A stretch of 64,000 nt of DNA from Octopus sinensis. Its lineage: Eukaryota. The stretch is from the NCBI RefSeq assembly GCF_006345805.1, contig NC_043000.1, positions 61,070,001 to 61,134,000 on the forward strand, written 5' to 3'. Below the pieces are notes generated by a model, which had not been told where the DNA came from, did no database searches, and saw nothing but the letters and a program-made list of their open reading frames with translations. The position numbers were made by a program, and so were the translations under genes. Positions 11,981 through 26,200 of this stretch are shown one piece after another; positions within the stretch are counted from its first letter, which is position 1, and the number at the start of each line of letters is the position of its first letter.

Positions 11981-13321
11981 ATAACGCGACTCCCCCACGC
12001 ACGCACGAACAGCTGTGTGTGTATGTCCTATGAGCTCGCGCTCGCGTACAGGTTATACTCAACCAAACTTTAATCTGACTCTGAAACCATCAGCAGAAGA
12101 TGTTTACCGAAGATAAAGTTCAGTAGGATTGAATCCAGAGCTATGTGTTTGCAAACTGATATTAACTGCACTACTATGCCCAAGTCCATTCTTGAGAAAA
12201 TTAAGTTTTTTTGTAACTAATGGAATATACTACCGGTAAAAGTTAGAAACAGTTCAAGACTCCGTTGACTGTCTGGAAAGTTTTCAGCATTAGTGTATTA
12301 TAAATACAACTATTTAGTTTCTTGTTAGACCTGATCAAACAAGCATTTCATTGATGGTATTGCATTCGTGACAGCAGTTCTGTCTTTTATTTAGACTTAC
12401 TGTATTTAAGAATATTATATCTAAACTGTCATTTTTTTGTGAGATGGTAATGTGCGTGTGGTGTATTAGAATTTTTCTTTTCCTAACGGCTCGAGTGACA
12501 TTGCAGTGACTTCTACGCTGGTTCGCAATTATTCTATATGAATAAAGATATATGCGTATCTATATATAATTAATAAGTCTGTTATACTCAGCACACATTC
12601 TTATTAAATAAATTTGCATGTCTGAGTATCATATACTGAATATATCTACTTGCATGTGTTTTAAGATAGATAGTTTTCTTGTAAGTATTTCTTTAGATAC
12701 TACATGCATATTTATTACCATCTTAAGAATGAGTCTCTCTTCGATTCTTAGATTATTAAAGTCATATTGAATTTCTGTTCAGCTGTAATGCAAAGATTAT
12801 CCAAGCGAAAGCATCTACTCTTTTTATCAGAAGTGCAAAATCATTTATCATTGGTCATTGGATCGATAAATAGTAAGAATTTATGTCTCACTACTATATC
12901 TTTTCTGGTAGAAGTAACCATGTCGATTGTTTTAATTCATGTATCACAGTTTTTTTATCTGCATTGACACATACAAGGCTACATGCGCACAGTCTAGCAA
13001 AATACCCAACGAGTCTAGCAAAATACATTTTGTTTCGTCCGAGAACACATTAGGGACTGTTTAGATAAAAGATAGAAGGACTTATATTAAGATATATGTA
13101 TAAGGTCTCTGTTGGATTCGGTGTTTCTAATATTTTCTAAAAATGAAAAGAAATAACATCCCATTTCATTTTAAAAATCAACACATCATTTTGTGTTCCC
13201 TAAGTGTTCTAACCATGCTCCTCTGGATGACCAGTATCTGTCTGTCTGTATGTCTGTCTGTCTGTCCATCCGTCTCTTTCTCTCTCTCTCTCTCTCTACA
13301 TTCATACATGAATATATGTTT

Positions 13322-13533
13322 TTTATTCTTTTATTTGTTTCAGTCATCTTGAACACGGCTATACTGGAGCACTGCTTTTAATCGAAGAAATCGACGCCAG
13401 GGGTTATTCTTTGTAAGCCTAGTATTTATTCTATCGTTCTTTGGCCGAACCGTTAAGTTACGGGGACATAAACACACCAGCATCGGTTGTCAAGCGATGG
13501 TGAGGAGACAAACACAGACACACAAATACATAC

Positions 13534-13612
<79 letters not shown>

Positions 13613-13770
13613 CACGACGGGCTTCTTTCAGTTTCCATCTACCAAATCCACTCACAAGGCTTTGGTCGGCCCGAGGCCATAGCAGAAGATACCTGCCCAA
13701 AGTGCCACGCAGTGGGACTAAAGCCAGAATCATGTGGTTGGGAAGCAAGCTTCTCGCCACACACCCACTC
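13322..13770 (-). mobile_element. SINE family A, full length
   Basis: Reverse complement colinear with 6388-6830, including the internal TA/TG tract. Confidence 0.9.
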
Positions 13771-14646
13771 CTGCACACACACACACCACACACACACACA
13801 CACACATACACATATATATGTACATATACATATAAATAATACATGATGTCAGACCACCTTGAATTCTGCAAAGGAAGAAAACTTAAATTCTAAAGAAAAG
13901 CTTATATACGTCACACACACAGGCACATAGTCACAGACACGGACACACAAACACACATGCATATAGATATATAATGGTATGAAAGTAAAAGCACAAAACG
14001 AAATACAATTTATACTTCTCTATATGCGCAGATTTAAGCATTTTTCGTGTTTCTATTCTCATGGTTTGGTCTGTCGAAAGAGAATAGCGTACCTATGACA
14101 TTTACCGAGCTCTCGCCACTGATGAGATCTACGCAGCTGATATTTTTACCTGAACAACTAACTGCAAATTATCAGATGCACGAAAAAAACATGCGCACGG
14201 AGATAATTCAAGGTTATGGCATTCTAGGAAGGAAGAACCGGGAAGGGTGATTTAAGCGGAGTGGTGGGCGGTGGTAGTCATAATACGGATTGCGAGAGGA
14301 AGAGAGACGAGCATTCAGAAAGGTTCACACACAGGAACAACGATATATTACTCTGAAGGAAAAAAATGAGTAGGCGTAAATATGTGACTTCATTAGCATA
14401 GGTTTCTGGTTCCATTTTAGAAGGTTAAGAAATGTCAAATGATTCAATTAAAGGAAATGAACGAAAATCGACAAATGATTATAAATATTAAATTTGATAT
14501 GACATATGTATGATAATTAATAGAACAAGCTAGATGTCAGGAAAAAGAAGACTATGAAGTTGAGTTATTTTCGTGTTTGCCTTATTGATAATTATTATAA
14601 TAGGTTATGAGAGAAAATTAAAAAAAAACATCGTCGTTGGAGCATG

Positions 14647-14648
14647 TA

Positions 14649-14744
<96 letters not shown>

Positions 14745-14844
14745 AATATATCTGTCTTTCTATCTATATGTAGGTGTATATATATATATACGTATGTATA
14801 TATATGTATATATATAAATGTATATATATATGTATGTACCTATG

Positions 14845-14917
<73 letters not shown>

Positions 14918-14967
14918 TGTATGTATGTATGTATGTATGTATCTCTCTCTCTCTCTATTATATATAT

Positions 14968-14999
<32 letters not shown>

Positions 15000-15001
15000 A
15001 T

Positions 15002-15043
<42 letters not shown>

Positions 15044-15060
15044 TATACATATATATATCT
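14647..15060. repeat. (TATC)n / (TA)n / (TATG)n compound microsatellite
   Basis: Directly visible. Confidence 0.97.
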
Positions 15061-15224
15061 GTTACTTCGAAAACGTAGGTATATAAATTAATATCTAGAT
15101 AGACATACACAACATGGAACAGATATATGACAAGAAGCAAATATATACAATGTAGTTGCAAGTATATGTTCTATGAGGTAAAGGTAAGTAATATTGATTT
15201 CAAGTTTTGGAACAGAGCCAGCAA

Positions 15225-15410
15225 TCCCGGGAGAGTGGGTAAGTCGATTGCATCAAACCCAGTGTTCAACTGGTACTTATTTTATCGACCTCGAAAAGAT
15301 GGAAAGTAAAGTCGACCTTGGCGGAATTTGAACTCAGAACGCAAAGATGGACGAAATGCCGCTAAGCATTTTGCCCGGCGTGCTAACGATTCCGCCAGCT
15401 CGTCGCCTTG
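15225..15410 (-). mobile_element. SINE family B
   Basis: Colinear with 60807-61039. Confidence 0.85.
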
Positions 15411-16422
15411 ATGTGTGTGTGGGGAGTACGTAACATCAGATAGTCATATGATCCAATGGTTAAGGTGTATTCAAAATGAAGGTGGGTGTATGCAACATTA
15501 GAGCACACATGTGCAGTATAAGCATACATGTATACGACATGGATGTATCTACATTCAAAATAGTAGTATGTGTGTGCTACATGGCCCGTTTGTAAATTAT
15601 TCTAAGTAGCGATATAGTAATACGATTTACATTGGAATATCATGTATCCGCGGATTATTTGAATTTGAAATAAGGAATTTTAAAGCTCAGCTCAGTTTTA
15701 TGCCGACGTATTTTTTTGTCAATGATTTGACGTACGACTTACAGCAGTGTTATCTGGTGAACTTATATGGTGTCTTTGTTGCCAGCTTCTCGTCTGGATT
15801 GACTTGTTTTCATGTACCAATAAACATGAAGACTAGGAATATGTCAGAAATCGAAGACGACAAGCATGTGCATGTGTTCTTGAGTCTTTTCAACGGAGTG
15901 ATTCTCTTTTTTAGTTAATGGGAGAATAGAGAGCATATATACACGTACACACATGCACACGTACACGCACACACACACACGCACACACACACACACACAC
16001 CACACACACACACGCACACACACACACACACACATACAAATAACGTTGTATGTCGACATTTAATATTTAGTTTGTTACTTATAATCATCTACATTATTTA
16101 GATATAAATTATGCAAATATATGATTTGATTTGTGCATTCGCCAGATATAAACATGTGCCAACACAACCAAATAATCTAGAAACAAGTACGAGCATTGAT
16201 GTTTCTATGGATACATAGAAATAAATTGATTCGCCAACACCACTCTAAAAGCAAAACATAAACACACACTCCAATACATATGTATAACATTATACAATCC
16301 TGCAATAGCAAGCTAATTACTACAAAGTGTACAGATGCTTTCGATCCTACAATTTAAACTTACAAAAATTTAACTTCCAGCTTATAAAAGACATGAAGTT
16401 TTAGTACATTTAATTGCATACC

Positions 16423-16656
<234 letters not shown>

Positions 16657-16715
16657 CATAATCCCTATATATATGTAGGTATGTATATATATGTGTATAT
16701 ATATATGTATACAAT

Positions 16716-16790
16716 GCGGTGCCCCAGCATGGCCACAGCTCGTGAGCTGAAACTAGATAAAATAAAATAAAATAAAAAATAAAAATAAAA
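16716..16790 (+). mobile_element. Extremely 5'-truncated copy of the CR1/L2-like LINE: 41 bp 3' tail plus (ATAAA)n
   Basis: gcggtgccccagcatggccacagctcgtgagctgaaactag nearly matches LINE 6327-6367 (gcggtgccccagcatggccacagctcataagctgaaactag). Confidence 0.85.
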
Positions 16791-19239
16791 TACATATATA
16801 TATATATATATACACACATATATATATATATACACACATACATATACATATATATATACACATATATATATATACATATATATATATAAGTTTACCTACC
16901 CACCTACCTACCTACCTACCTACCTACCTTTCTACCTACCTACCTACACAAACACAAACACATACACACACACACATATATATATATGCATACATGTACA
17001 CGCACACGTGCACGAATATATATCATCGCATGCGCTAAGTATAAACACTCTTGTTCAAGCAAATAATTGTTGTCTTAGCTTTACTTTACAGAATTCTTTC
17101 AAGTGGAATATTCATGAAATGTCAGTCACCTTCTTCTATGGTTAGTTTGGCATAGCGGTTTCAACATTTGGATCCAATTAACAGCAATGAACCTGTTTTA
17201 ACCTTTCCTGGATTTCAACTTAACTAGTGCTTTCTGGTTAATACTCAATTACCAGAACATAATAGAACAATCGATATCTGTTTAGTTCGCAGTTTGCTAC
17301 TTCACCGTCTGCAGACGACATAGATAAATTGAGTATGAATGACTTACAAACAAACGAACGAACAAACACCCACCAAAAAAAAAACACACAAAAAAAAGCA
17401 AATCTAAAACCATCATCAGTAAGTAGTCGTACTGTTATGGTTATAAGCTTCTGCGTAAAACCGATACTTTTTTTAAAAAATAATTTGAATTTGTGTTTCA
17501 AAGACAAATATTTAACCCATTCTTTATTAATGCTAATATTTTAGTGTTTGCGAAATGTGCCAGTCTTGTTTGTTTTAGTAGTGACTAATGCAATATTGCT
17601 AACTTCATTTGTAACTGATGTATTGATTACAGTTTCACTAATTCATTCGCAATCAATAAGCCCTGATATATCATCATGAGATTTGTTATATACTTGTTTG
17701 AACCCCTTTGTTGAACCATCATAAATTCGTACCTGCTACAGACGTTATTGTGTGCTCTTGTCTTTGCAAAGAAATTGACAAAGATGCAAGAGATCAATTT
17801 AGCTGAGCTGGAGATCCAAAAACTAATTTATGCGGGAGAATATATTTTCATGGAACGAATTTGTCACCAGAGTGGAATGGATTGATCAATTTCAGATAGT
17901 ATATTTTGCCATATATACTTTATTTTGCATAATATTGAACTGACGATCATTTCACAATTGAAAGCAAAATTAACAACCTTTTCCATGGCAGCCTTAGACT
18001 GAAATACGTTAATTAAGAGTTTTTTCATTAAATCTATTTATATTGTGCAGAAGCCTACATCATGTTTGCCCAATCATGTTATCACTAATGAATACTCATA
18101 ATTCTCATACATTACTATAGTAATTAATGGAAAGGGTCTGTTTATTTCTCTTTCAAAAGCCACAGAGAACAAATGTGAATTCTGAATTAGAATTAATGAT
18201 GAAAAAAAAAAGAGAAAGGGAAAATGCTCACACCTAAGAGGAAATGATAATGACGCGAGGTTGCCTTAAGTAATTGTGGAATAGTTTCATTTTATAGACT
18301 TAAATAAAAACTGAAAAGATTATCAAAACTTATGTATGAGTGTGTATGTCGAATGAAACCAGTGTATGAAAATATATTCAGATATATAGGTAACAATGTT
18401 CGGATATAAGTTTGCTTATAAGAGCGAATTTTCTAACGGGAGAGGATATTATGCATGGATTGTTTCTCAGTAACATTAAAACTTAAAAAAGGATGAACTT
18501 TAATACTTTTAGATTTTATGAAGCTCGAGTAAAATCTTTTTAATAAACCATATATAATAGCACCATGGTGTATGAAAAACTGATGTTAGTGGTAATGTCT
18601 AATAGCTAATTGCCGAGATTTCAGATAAAGGTTTGTGAATAATATCTAGATAAAGTCTCCTGAATTGACCATAAATGCTTTTAAGACTCATATCTTCAAC
18701 ATATATTGTATAATAAAAATTCTCTAAAGTCTGTGTCAAAGAAATGAGTTCTATCACTTTGAATGAAATTATATATTTTCAAGAAACATTGTTTTATGCT
18801 TAGTTTTGTTTATCTTGATTGTAAACACAATGGCTTATAAGTCAAAGTTTATTTTCGTTTCCCAGAATTACAAATTCACCGAATATTACAAATTCACCAC
18901 AATGAAAACATTAAAAAATTCAATGTTCAGCTATTTCAAGAAACGTTGTATTCTATTTCCATAATATTTTTAATGTACATTTTGCATATAATTTATATTT
19001 TTACATTTGTTTATGACATATTTTTATACTTGTTTATAAATACTACTGTCCATGGAGACACTGATTGTGATTGTAGACCCACTTTTTCTAAGAGCTTAGA
19101 CCATTTTGCATATATAACGAATCCCTGTCTGTTCGATTATACTCGAACTAGTTACCAAGAATGCTTCAAATATGAAAAATGGTTTATTCATTTTATTTCA
19201 GCATTTCGTTGTCACTGTCATCATCGACTAGATCTTTGT

Positions 19240-19735
19240 GTTCTAGAATTATTTCCTGATTTGGTAGTTTTTAGATGTTGATTTTGTTAATGACCGAGAA
19301 TGCCAATTCTCTCAAGGAAGGGGTATGGACAAAGATAGCAAAGACGGTGGAAGGTATGATTGCCTGAAACTTATTGCATGTGGTTTTCTCTATGTTTATC
19401 TTCATCTTAACTTTTTCTTTCGCCTTCAAAAAAGTCGGTTTCGGTGGCGTGAGGGTGGCACAAGTTGCAATGATTCTGAATTTCTCTTTCCCACGTTTTT
19501 GTTTCATTACCTGTCATTTTAAGAGTTGGTCTTAGCTGGCGTTTGTGACAGCATTTGAATAGCACTGAATAGCATTTGAAGAAGAAAATTCTCTTCTTTA
19601 ATTCTGCGTAGTAATCATAGTATCCAGTGTTTTGTGATGGTAGATTCTCTGCTTCGATTGTTGGGTCTTTTCTAGGACAGCATTGTTGGTAATGTAGTCC
19701 TTGTATTTGAAGGGTTGTGGGATGGGAGGTTTTGT
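19240..19735 (-). mobile_element. Decayed RTE-type LINE 3' coding end
   Basis: Minus-strand frames give YKDYITNNAVLEKTQ.., RQLRPTLKMTGNETKTWERE.. and CYLCPYPFLERIGILGH, resembling the RTE C-terminus (WQD.ITN.EVL..; C..C.SRIGL.SH). Multiple frameshifts. Confidence 0.55.
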
Positions 19736-21310
19736 TACAGCTTATTTATATACAATGTCTACATGGTCCGTTAAAGAGGGTATTCAATCTCTGATGAAAT
19801 GCCAGAACAAAGTTGAAACAAGTCCGGATGTGTATAAAACAAGATGTTTATATAGGTAAATTATGTAGTACAGTAAAGTATAAAATCAAAACACCAACAC
19901 ATAAACAATATACATACGAGCATACATACATATACACATTCAAACATGCACATAAGTATAAATTTAACGAGGTCACCGCCTTATATCAGCTCTTTATGGC
20001 TGATAAAATCTACAAGAACTAGTAATGTACTGAGATGAATTCAACGGACCATGCCATAACAACTGAATCACAGAATCCATTTAACTACTAGTGTATCTGA
20101 CAGAGCTAATCGACTAATCGTACACATCGGTAATCTACGAACCAACGGCGAGTAAAATCTTAAGACTCCTTGGACAATGACGAAAGAAATATATTGAAAC
20201 AACATCATTTGCTAGTTACTGATCCGACCACAAAATTGTGGCAAAGATTTATTGTTCACCAAAGTCACAACCAACAAGCGTTAGATGACTCACACAGTGA
20301 AAAAGGTAGATACGAAACGTTGGCACTATCAGTAGCTGATGATTTATATGAATCTCCAGACTATAGAATTTCTATTATCAAATATGGAATTTAATGTGTT
20401 ATACTAGCTACAGCTACACTGTAAAGAGTTACAACGAACTGAAGTGTTCACCAGCTGTGTAATTTTAGCAAAATCATAAACTATGTTAATACCTGAGTTG
20501 GAGTTAAAATGTCGCAAGCAACCTGTATTCAATCTTACAGATATTGATTTATCAAGGTAGCAACAGCTACTATTAGCTAATTATTTTTTGAAAAATCATT
20601 TTGCTAAACGCCGAATTTTATAATGGTTGTTCTCAAATGACAATAAATAATGGAACTAACAATGCAAAACAGTTCGATTGAGAAAATCTTTAGAAAGTCT
20701 CCATTAAAAAATTTAATACAAATATCAAAATATACAAAGATATTGTAGACAGTCTCCGTGCAAGAAATTTATACAAATATCAAAATTATAAAGATATATA
20801 CATAAGTATCAAAACGTATTGTAAAGGAAAGCATTACTTTTGAATCGTGCCTCAAGGCATGAAGCGAATTCATATTTTTTAGGAATGAATATTGTTAACT
20901 CTACAGCATACACTAGTTTTCAGGAAATATGTATGATATTGTAATTTATATAATATATCCATTTGAAAGACATATGCACATTGAAATAAATACATAGAAA
21001 ATGTTCCTTTATACTATTCATGTTTATTAAAGACACCAAGATATAATTTTTTGTGAATGGACACACAAATTGATTGTTATTACTTGAAATAGCGATGCAA
21101 AAGGTACAATAGATGAGGTGGTCCCAGAATTAATAGATCCATTACATGAAGCAATCCGCCATAAAACAATATTTCTTAAGAATAAAACCTATTTATGGAT
21201 TGGGTGGTGCGTTTGACACAATGAAGTATAAAATGTATATATATTTCTTACGTTAAATTATCTTAAATTGATAAAAAATAAAAGCTAACTATCTTAAGAA
21301 TAGCAGATAT

Positions 21311-21690
21311 GTGTGTGGCACTCCGCCGGTTGCGACGACAAGAGTTCCAGTTAATCCGATCAACGGAACAGCCTGCTCGTGAAATTAACGAGCAAGTGGC
21401 TGAGCATTCCACAGACACGTGTACCCTTAATGTAGTTCTCAGGGAGATTCAGCGTGACACAGAGTGTGACAAGGCTGGGCCTTTGAAATACAGGTACAAG
21501 AGAAACAGGAAGAAAGAGTGAAAGTTGTGGTGAAAGAGTACAGCAAGGTTCACCCCTACCCCGCCGGAGCCTTATGGAGCTTTAGGTGTTTTCGCTCAAT
21601 AAACACTCACAACGCTCAGTCTGAGAATCGAAACCGCGATCCTACGACCGCGATCCCGCTGCCCTAACCACTGAACCATTGCGCCTCCAC
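21311..21690 (-). mobile_element. Full-length tRNA-derived SINE family C with 12 bp TSD
   Basis: Head (reverse complement) gtggaggcgcaatggttcagtggttagggcag..gtttcgattctcag. Flanks aatagcagatat (21299-21310) and aatagcacatat (21691-21702). Homologous to 60005-60393. Confidence 0.92.
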
Positions 21691-23009
21691 AATAGCACAT
21701 ATATTCATAACAATTGTGACAATGATATACTTTTGCCCAAACTAACGTCAATAACAATAATATTTTCTGACTTAAACACAATGAGTAATCGGTTGGAAGA
21801 ATCGTTAGAACGTCAGACAAACGTCTTGCAGTAATTGTTCCAGCTCATAATCTGAATTCCAATTCTGTCGATGATAATGTTACTTTTCATCCTTCTGTAG
21901 TTGATAAATATAGTTCTTTTCAATCAGTGGCGGAGAGTTGAGCGAGGGGCAGCAAACATTTTTTTTTTTATCTAGGATACTATAAAACCTAGAGAACACA
22001 GCATTCGTACTGCAAAGCAAGAGGCGGTGAAATAAAAATTACCAACGTGTTGTAGGCTGTGGGGAATGGTTAAGCAGTCAAATTAAACCTAGTATCATAA
22101 ACGGATACAGATGAATCTCACAGAAGGCTTAGTCTAAGACGCTTCCGCTTTCGACAAAAATCTTCAGATATTTCCTCGAGTAGCGTGTTACTTTCGTTGT
22201 GAATATAAAGAACTTTTATAAAAAAAATATGGTCATTTGAGCTGACAGAATATTCAATTTCTTTAGAATTATACTTGTCTTAAATAATGAGACCTATATT
22301 AGATAAAGAGAGAACACATTAGACAATGCAGTACTAGATACTCGTAAAACCAACGAGCTGCTTCACGGCTGGAATGATTTTGATCATAAGTCTCTTCCAG
22401 TGGATTTGAACTGGGTTAGACAACAACATCATTAACATCACCAATTACAATAACGATGAATATTCACCAACCCCAAATTCAAGCCCAGATATAAAAAATT
22501 TAACAAGTCATGTTTCTAATATGTATGAAGTCCTTACAGAAGGCTAACTTGAAGAGGTTACGGAAGAAAGTATTTTTCTTGGAAAGGAGGAAAGCTGTGC
22601 GTAGATGGCTGTAGTTTTGGGTGCGATGCATCACTACAACGTAAGTATGAGATTTTGAGATTTAAGGTGACTCGCTATGGGTGGTAATAAGTAGAAATGT
22701 AAATGTGCTGAAATACTTTCAAAGACTAGTTCAACAAAAATAGACTGCTAAATTTATAATACAGGAGTAATTATATAGTTTGTTGTACTGTAGATTAACA
22801 CTGGAGATCTGAAAAGCATGCGTATGTCTACTAAAACATTATATACAAGGTACGACGTATTAGCTATTTATTTTTGGTTTCCGCGAACTGCTAACTCAAG
22901 CGAAACTAGATAAAAGTGACATTAGATATAGTTCCCAACTAGAACATTACATTTAAAAAATGTTGATGTTAAATATATGATGAGCCAACAACGATGACTA
23001 TCAGCTAGC

Positions 23010-23200
23010 GAGGGAGGCTTTGCGGTCGCTCAACCTGCTAGAAATAGTAACCTAATTTCCCTTTTATCATACCTTACCATCATCTTAAAAGGGAATGATG
23101 CTTTGGGTAATTTGGTCCTGAATGCACACTGTCTGAATATAAAACGCGATACTCATGAATGGAATGTAACTGATCATAGTTCTGTTCAAACATTAAATTT
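23010..23200. repeat. Old dispersed repeat (family E), with related fragments at ~22290-22430, 31735-31940 and 60700-60790
   Basis: Shared motifs ctgctagaaatag-a-c, ..cctaccatcttgaaa.., ..ggataatgtagt-ctagatac, ..tttgatcat recur between the copies. Confidence 0.55.
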
Positions 23201-26200
23201 TACTGTGGTTGTTCTGACACTTTAACTAATAGAACTAGCAATGCGAAATACTGTTAGGTTAAGAACGCCTTTAGAAAACCTCCATTAAAGAGATTTATAC
23301 AAATATCAATATCTAGAAACAAATTCTATACATAAATATTAAAACAACAATAACGTTGACGGACATACCACCACCGATTTAAAGAAATGTTTATGAAAGC
23401 TTAATTTCCATTGTAAACATATTTGTTAAAAAACGTTGATGTCAGTTTAAGAGATGATGTTTACTATGCATAAAATCTGCAAGAGCTACTTTCTGGCATG
23501 GATTTTGCAGGAAATAAAGTGATTCAATAAAGTCTATACATTTGAGCACTAATGGCTATTTTTGATGGGACTGAAAATGGGGACAATAACTTTGTTTGAT
23601 ATTCTGTGTTACACATCTTTCGCATACGTACACTTTTTGTTGATGATTTTAGAGAAGAAAATGTTGAGAAAATATACTGGGGAAGTGTAACTAGAGAAAA
23701 AGGCTGAGAGAAGTGTATGATGGGAGAAATGGTGAAAGCTTTGGCTAAATCTTTCTAGTAGGTTGAATATATAGCAAAGGAAAGAGGTAAAAAAATGTGG
23801 CTTTATGGATAAAAATTGCGAATAATATTTACTGAACGATAAAGATTTTAGTTACAAATATAAAGATATGTACGTGTGAATTGCAATTGTACATTTCCAT
23901 ATTTCATTCTAGAAACCTGAGAAAACGAATTAACTGAAAACTTCGTACAATCCTGATTTAATGTTTTATACTATGTAACAATCAAGACTCTCTTCTGATC
24001 GTTGACTTATAAAAAATACCAAGTAGAATAGATAAATAAACAAACAAACAAATACACAAGCAAATAAAGAAGGGAATAAAAAGTTTCAAAAATTAAACTG
24101 ACGACCATCAGTTTAATCGATCAATTAATCAACTGCCAAGAGAAAAGGAGTCTGTCAGATATAACTATTCAAAGTAATATATTTATCTGAAAAATTCGAT
24201 CATTGTGTTCAGTCAACTGTAAAGATGGACTTTACTGCTACTTAAGTTTGTTTGTGTTAACTGTGATGCTTGACTTACAGAAAATTTGAAAATTTCCTTT
24301 TTTTTTTATCTGCAAAGTCGTATCAATCATATCACTTCAGATTTTTACTGCTTCCTTTGCTAGAGACACAACATTTTTAACAGACAGGATGTATGAAATA
24401 ACGCACGAGTAATATTTTTTCACCTTTTACTTTCATTATTATAATTTCAAATCATTGTAAACATAAGCATGGGGCTAAGAAAATAATAGACAGATTACTC
24501 CGATCAGTAGTAGTTGTGTAAGACAGTTGTGCAGAATAGGACAAATGTCTTGCTATAACTTTTCTGGGTTCAAATTTCATCGAGATCAACTTCGCATTTA
24601 ATCCTTCAGCGGTCGATAAATATAGTAGCAGTCAAGCAGCGGAGTTGGAATGATTTTTCTTTCTGAATCATTTGAGCAGAAAAGTCATACGAGATCGCTT
24701 ATAATGCTGATTTCCCCACCAAAATGGAAACGGGTTGAGCTAGTTGCGAGTAAACTCGTCTCATGTTGTATTCTATGAATAAAGATCCAAGAACACAGCA
24801 AAAATGAATGGTGTGGAAAGACTGATACGCTATATATGTTGTATGTAACCACTAAAAAATAAAGTAAATATATGAGAAAGCAACCGAATTAGAGGCCTTG
24901 TACCTATGTTTCAAATAAATATTATCTTGGAACGTAGTAGTAGAAGGAATTTCCTCTTTTACCTACTATAATTAGCAACCAATATCCCTCACATCACATT
25001 CCTCCTTGGATAATCTACCACTGTTTTTAACTGATACTTATTTTATCGGCTGAAAAGGAAAAGTAATGACTACGACAGGATTTGAAATTAGAACATAAAG
25101 AGAAATATATGAGTACTTCAATACATTTTCTCCGATGTTGTAACGATTCAATTAATTCATCACTCTTCGACAATATGCTCTTAGAGTATACATAGTGAGA
25201 GAATGTCTAAATGCTGGTACTTACTATACCTAATACTAAAAAATCTCCCTATTGATTTAAACTGGTAAGATAATATGAAGAAACATGTTCAGGTCCTTGA
25301 TTATTATGTATGTAAGGGAATATCTACATCAGTGATGCACTGCATCAAGAAGACATTAGATTTTATTGATTGAAGAGTATCAGATAGAGCGAACTATTAG
25401 ATTCGTATCTTGCAATGCAATATTTTATCACTGTAACATAAAACGGAAGCTTCAGCTAACAATGTTGTTGCTCAGACAAATATCACCTCTGATCGAGTAG
25501 ACCCACAACCCCAAAAATCCTATCAGTCACCTTTTTCTTTCTTCCGTATATAATGTGCTATATTGTCTAATCTGTCCTTTCCTTGAGAACGTAGGACGTG
25601 GTTTGAAGGAAATGCATTTTCTATTTCTATCAAGGCAAGCGATTGCATAGAGATCCTTATTCATTTAGCTATCTAACACGTAACAACGACATTTTTTTTA
25701 ACGTGACTAATAGAAAATCATCTCTGAAGGTGAAATTATTCAACCAGGAGAGAGAACGACAGGAATAAAAAAAAATAACCAAGTTCGAGGAAATTTCAAT
25801 TATAGACGGTAGCCCCCACCAAAGCAAAACAAAACAAAAAAATTAAAGAACATCCAATTTAAAAGGCAGCTGAAAATAATGTGATGTGTTCAAATGGGAT
25901 TGAGAAATCTTTCCTTATTATTAATATCTCGAAGCATTCTATGGTCATTCTCATTTCCCAGAACTGATAATATTGTAGGTTCATAGTTTTCAGAAAAGTT
26001 TCTTATAAATTCCTCGGAGATTTTCCTCCTGAAATAAAATTTATATCAATTTTCAGTTAGTATATATACTTGTGTGTAGCGGTAGACAGTGTGATTTGAT
26101 GATTTTATTTCTCTGCTTAAATACTTCGGCGCTATTTAGTAAACAAAATTTAACTTTGATATTAAAAACCTAATTAATTATTTGGCTCGACTAGACGAAA

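Noticed and set aside
17090-17320. Two short exon-like segments (+ ~17090-17140; - ~17256-17311)
   Set aside because: Splice-like signals only; peptides unrecognised; expected by chance in 64 kb.
18860-19281. ~140-codon open frame on + after a strong acceptor, including GDTDCDC
   Set aside because: AT-rich I/F/Y-biased composition, no donor, no recognisable domain, and it runs into the RTE remnant.
22135-22180. Minus-strand CTGAAGA..GAAAGCGGAAGCGTC hammerhead-like string
   Set aside because: Stems I and II do not pair.
22540-22646. Segment ending in a GTAAGT donor and reading RKYFSWKGGKLCV (PH beta2-beta3-like)
   Set aside because: With the best acceptor all three frames hit stops, and the open frame has no credible acceptor.
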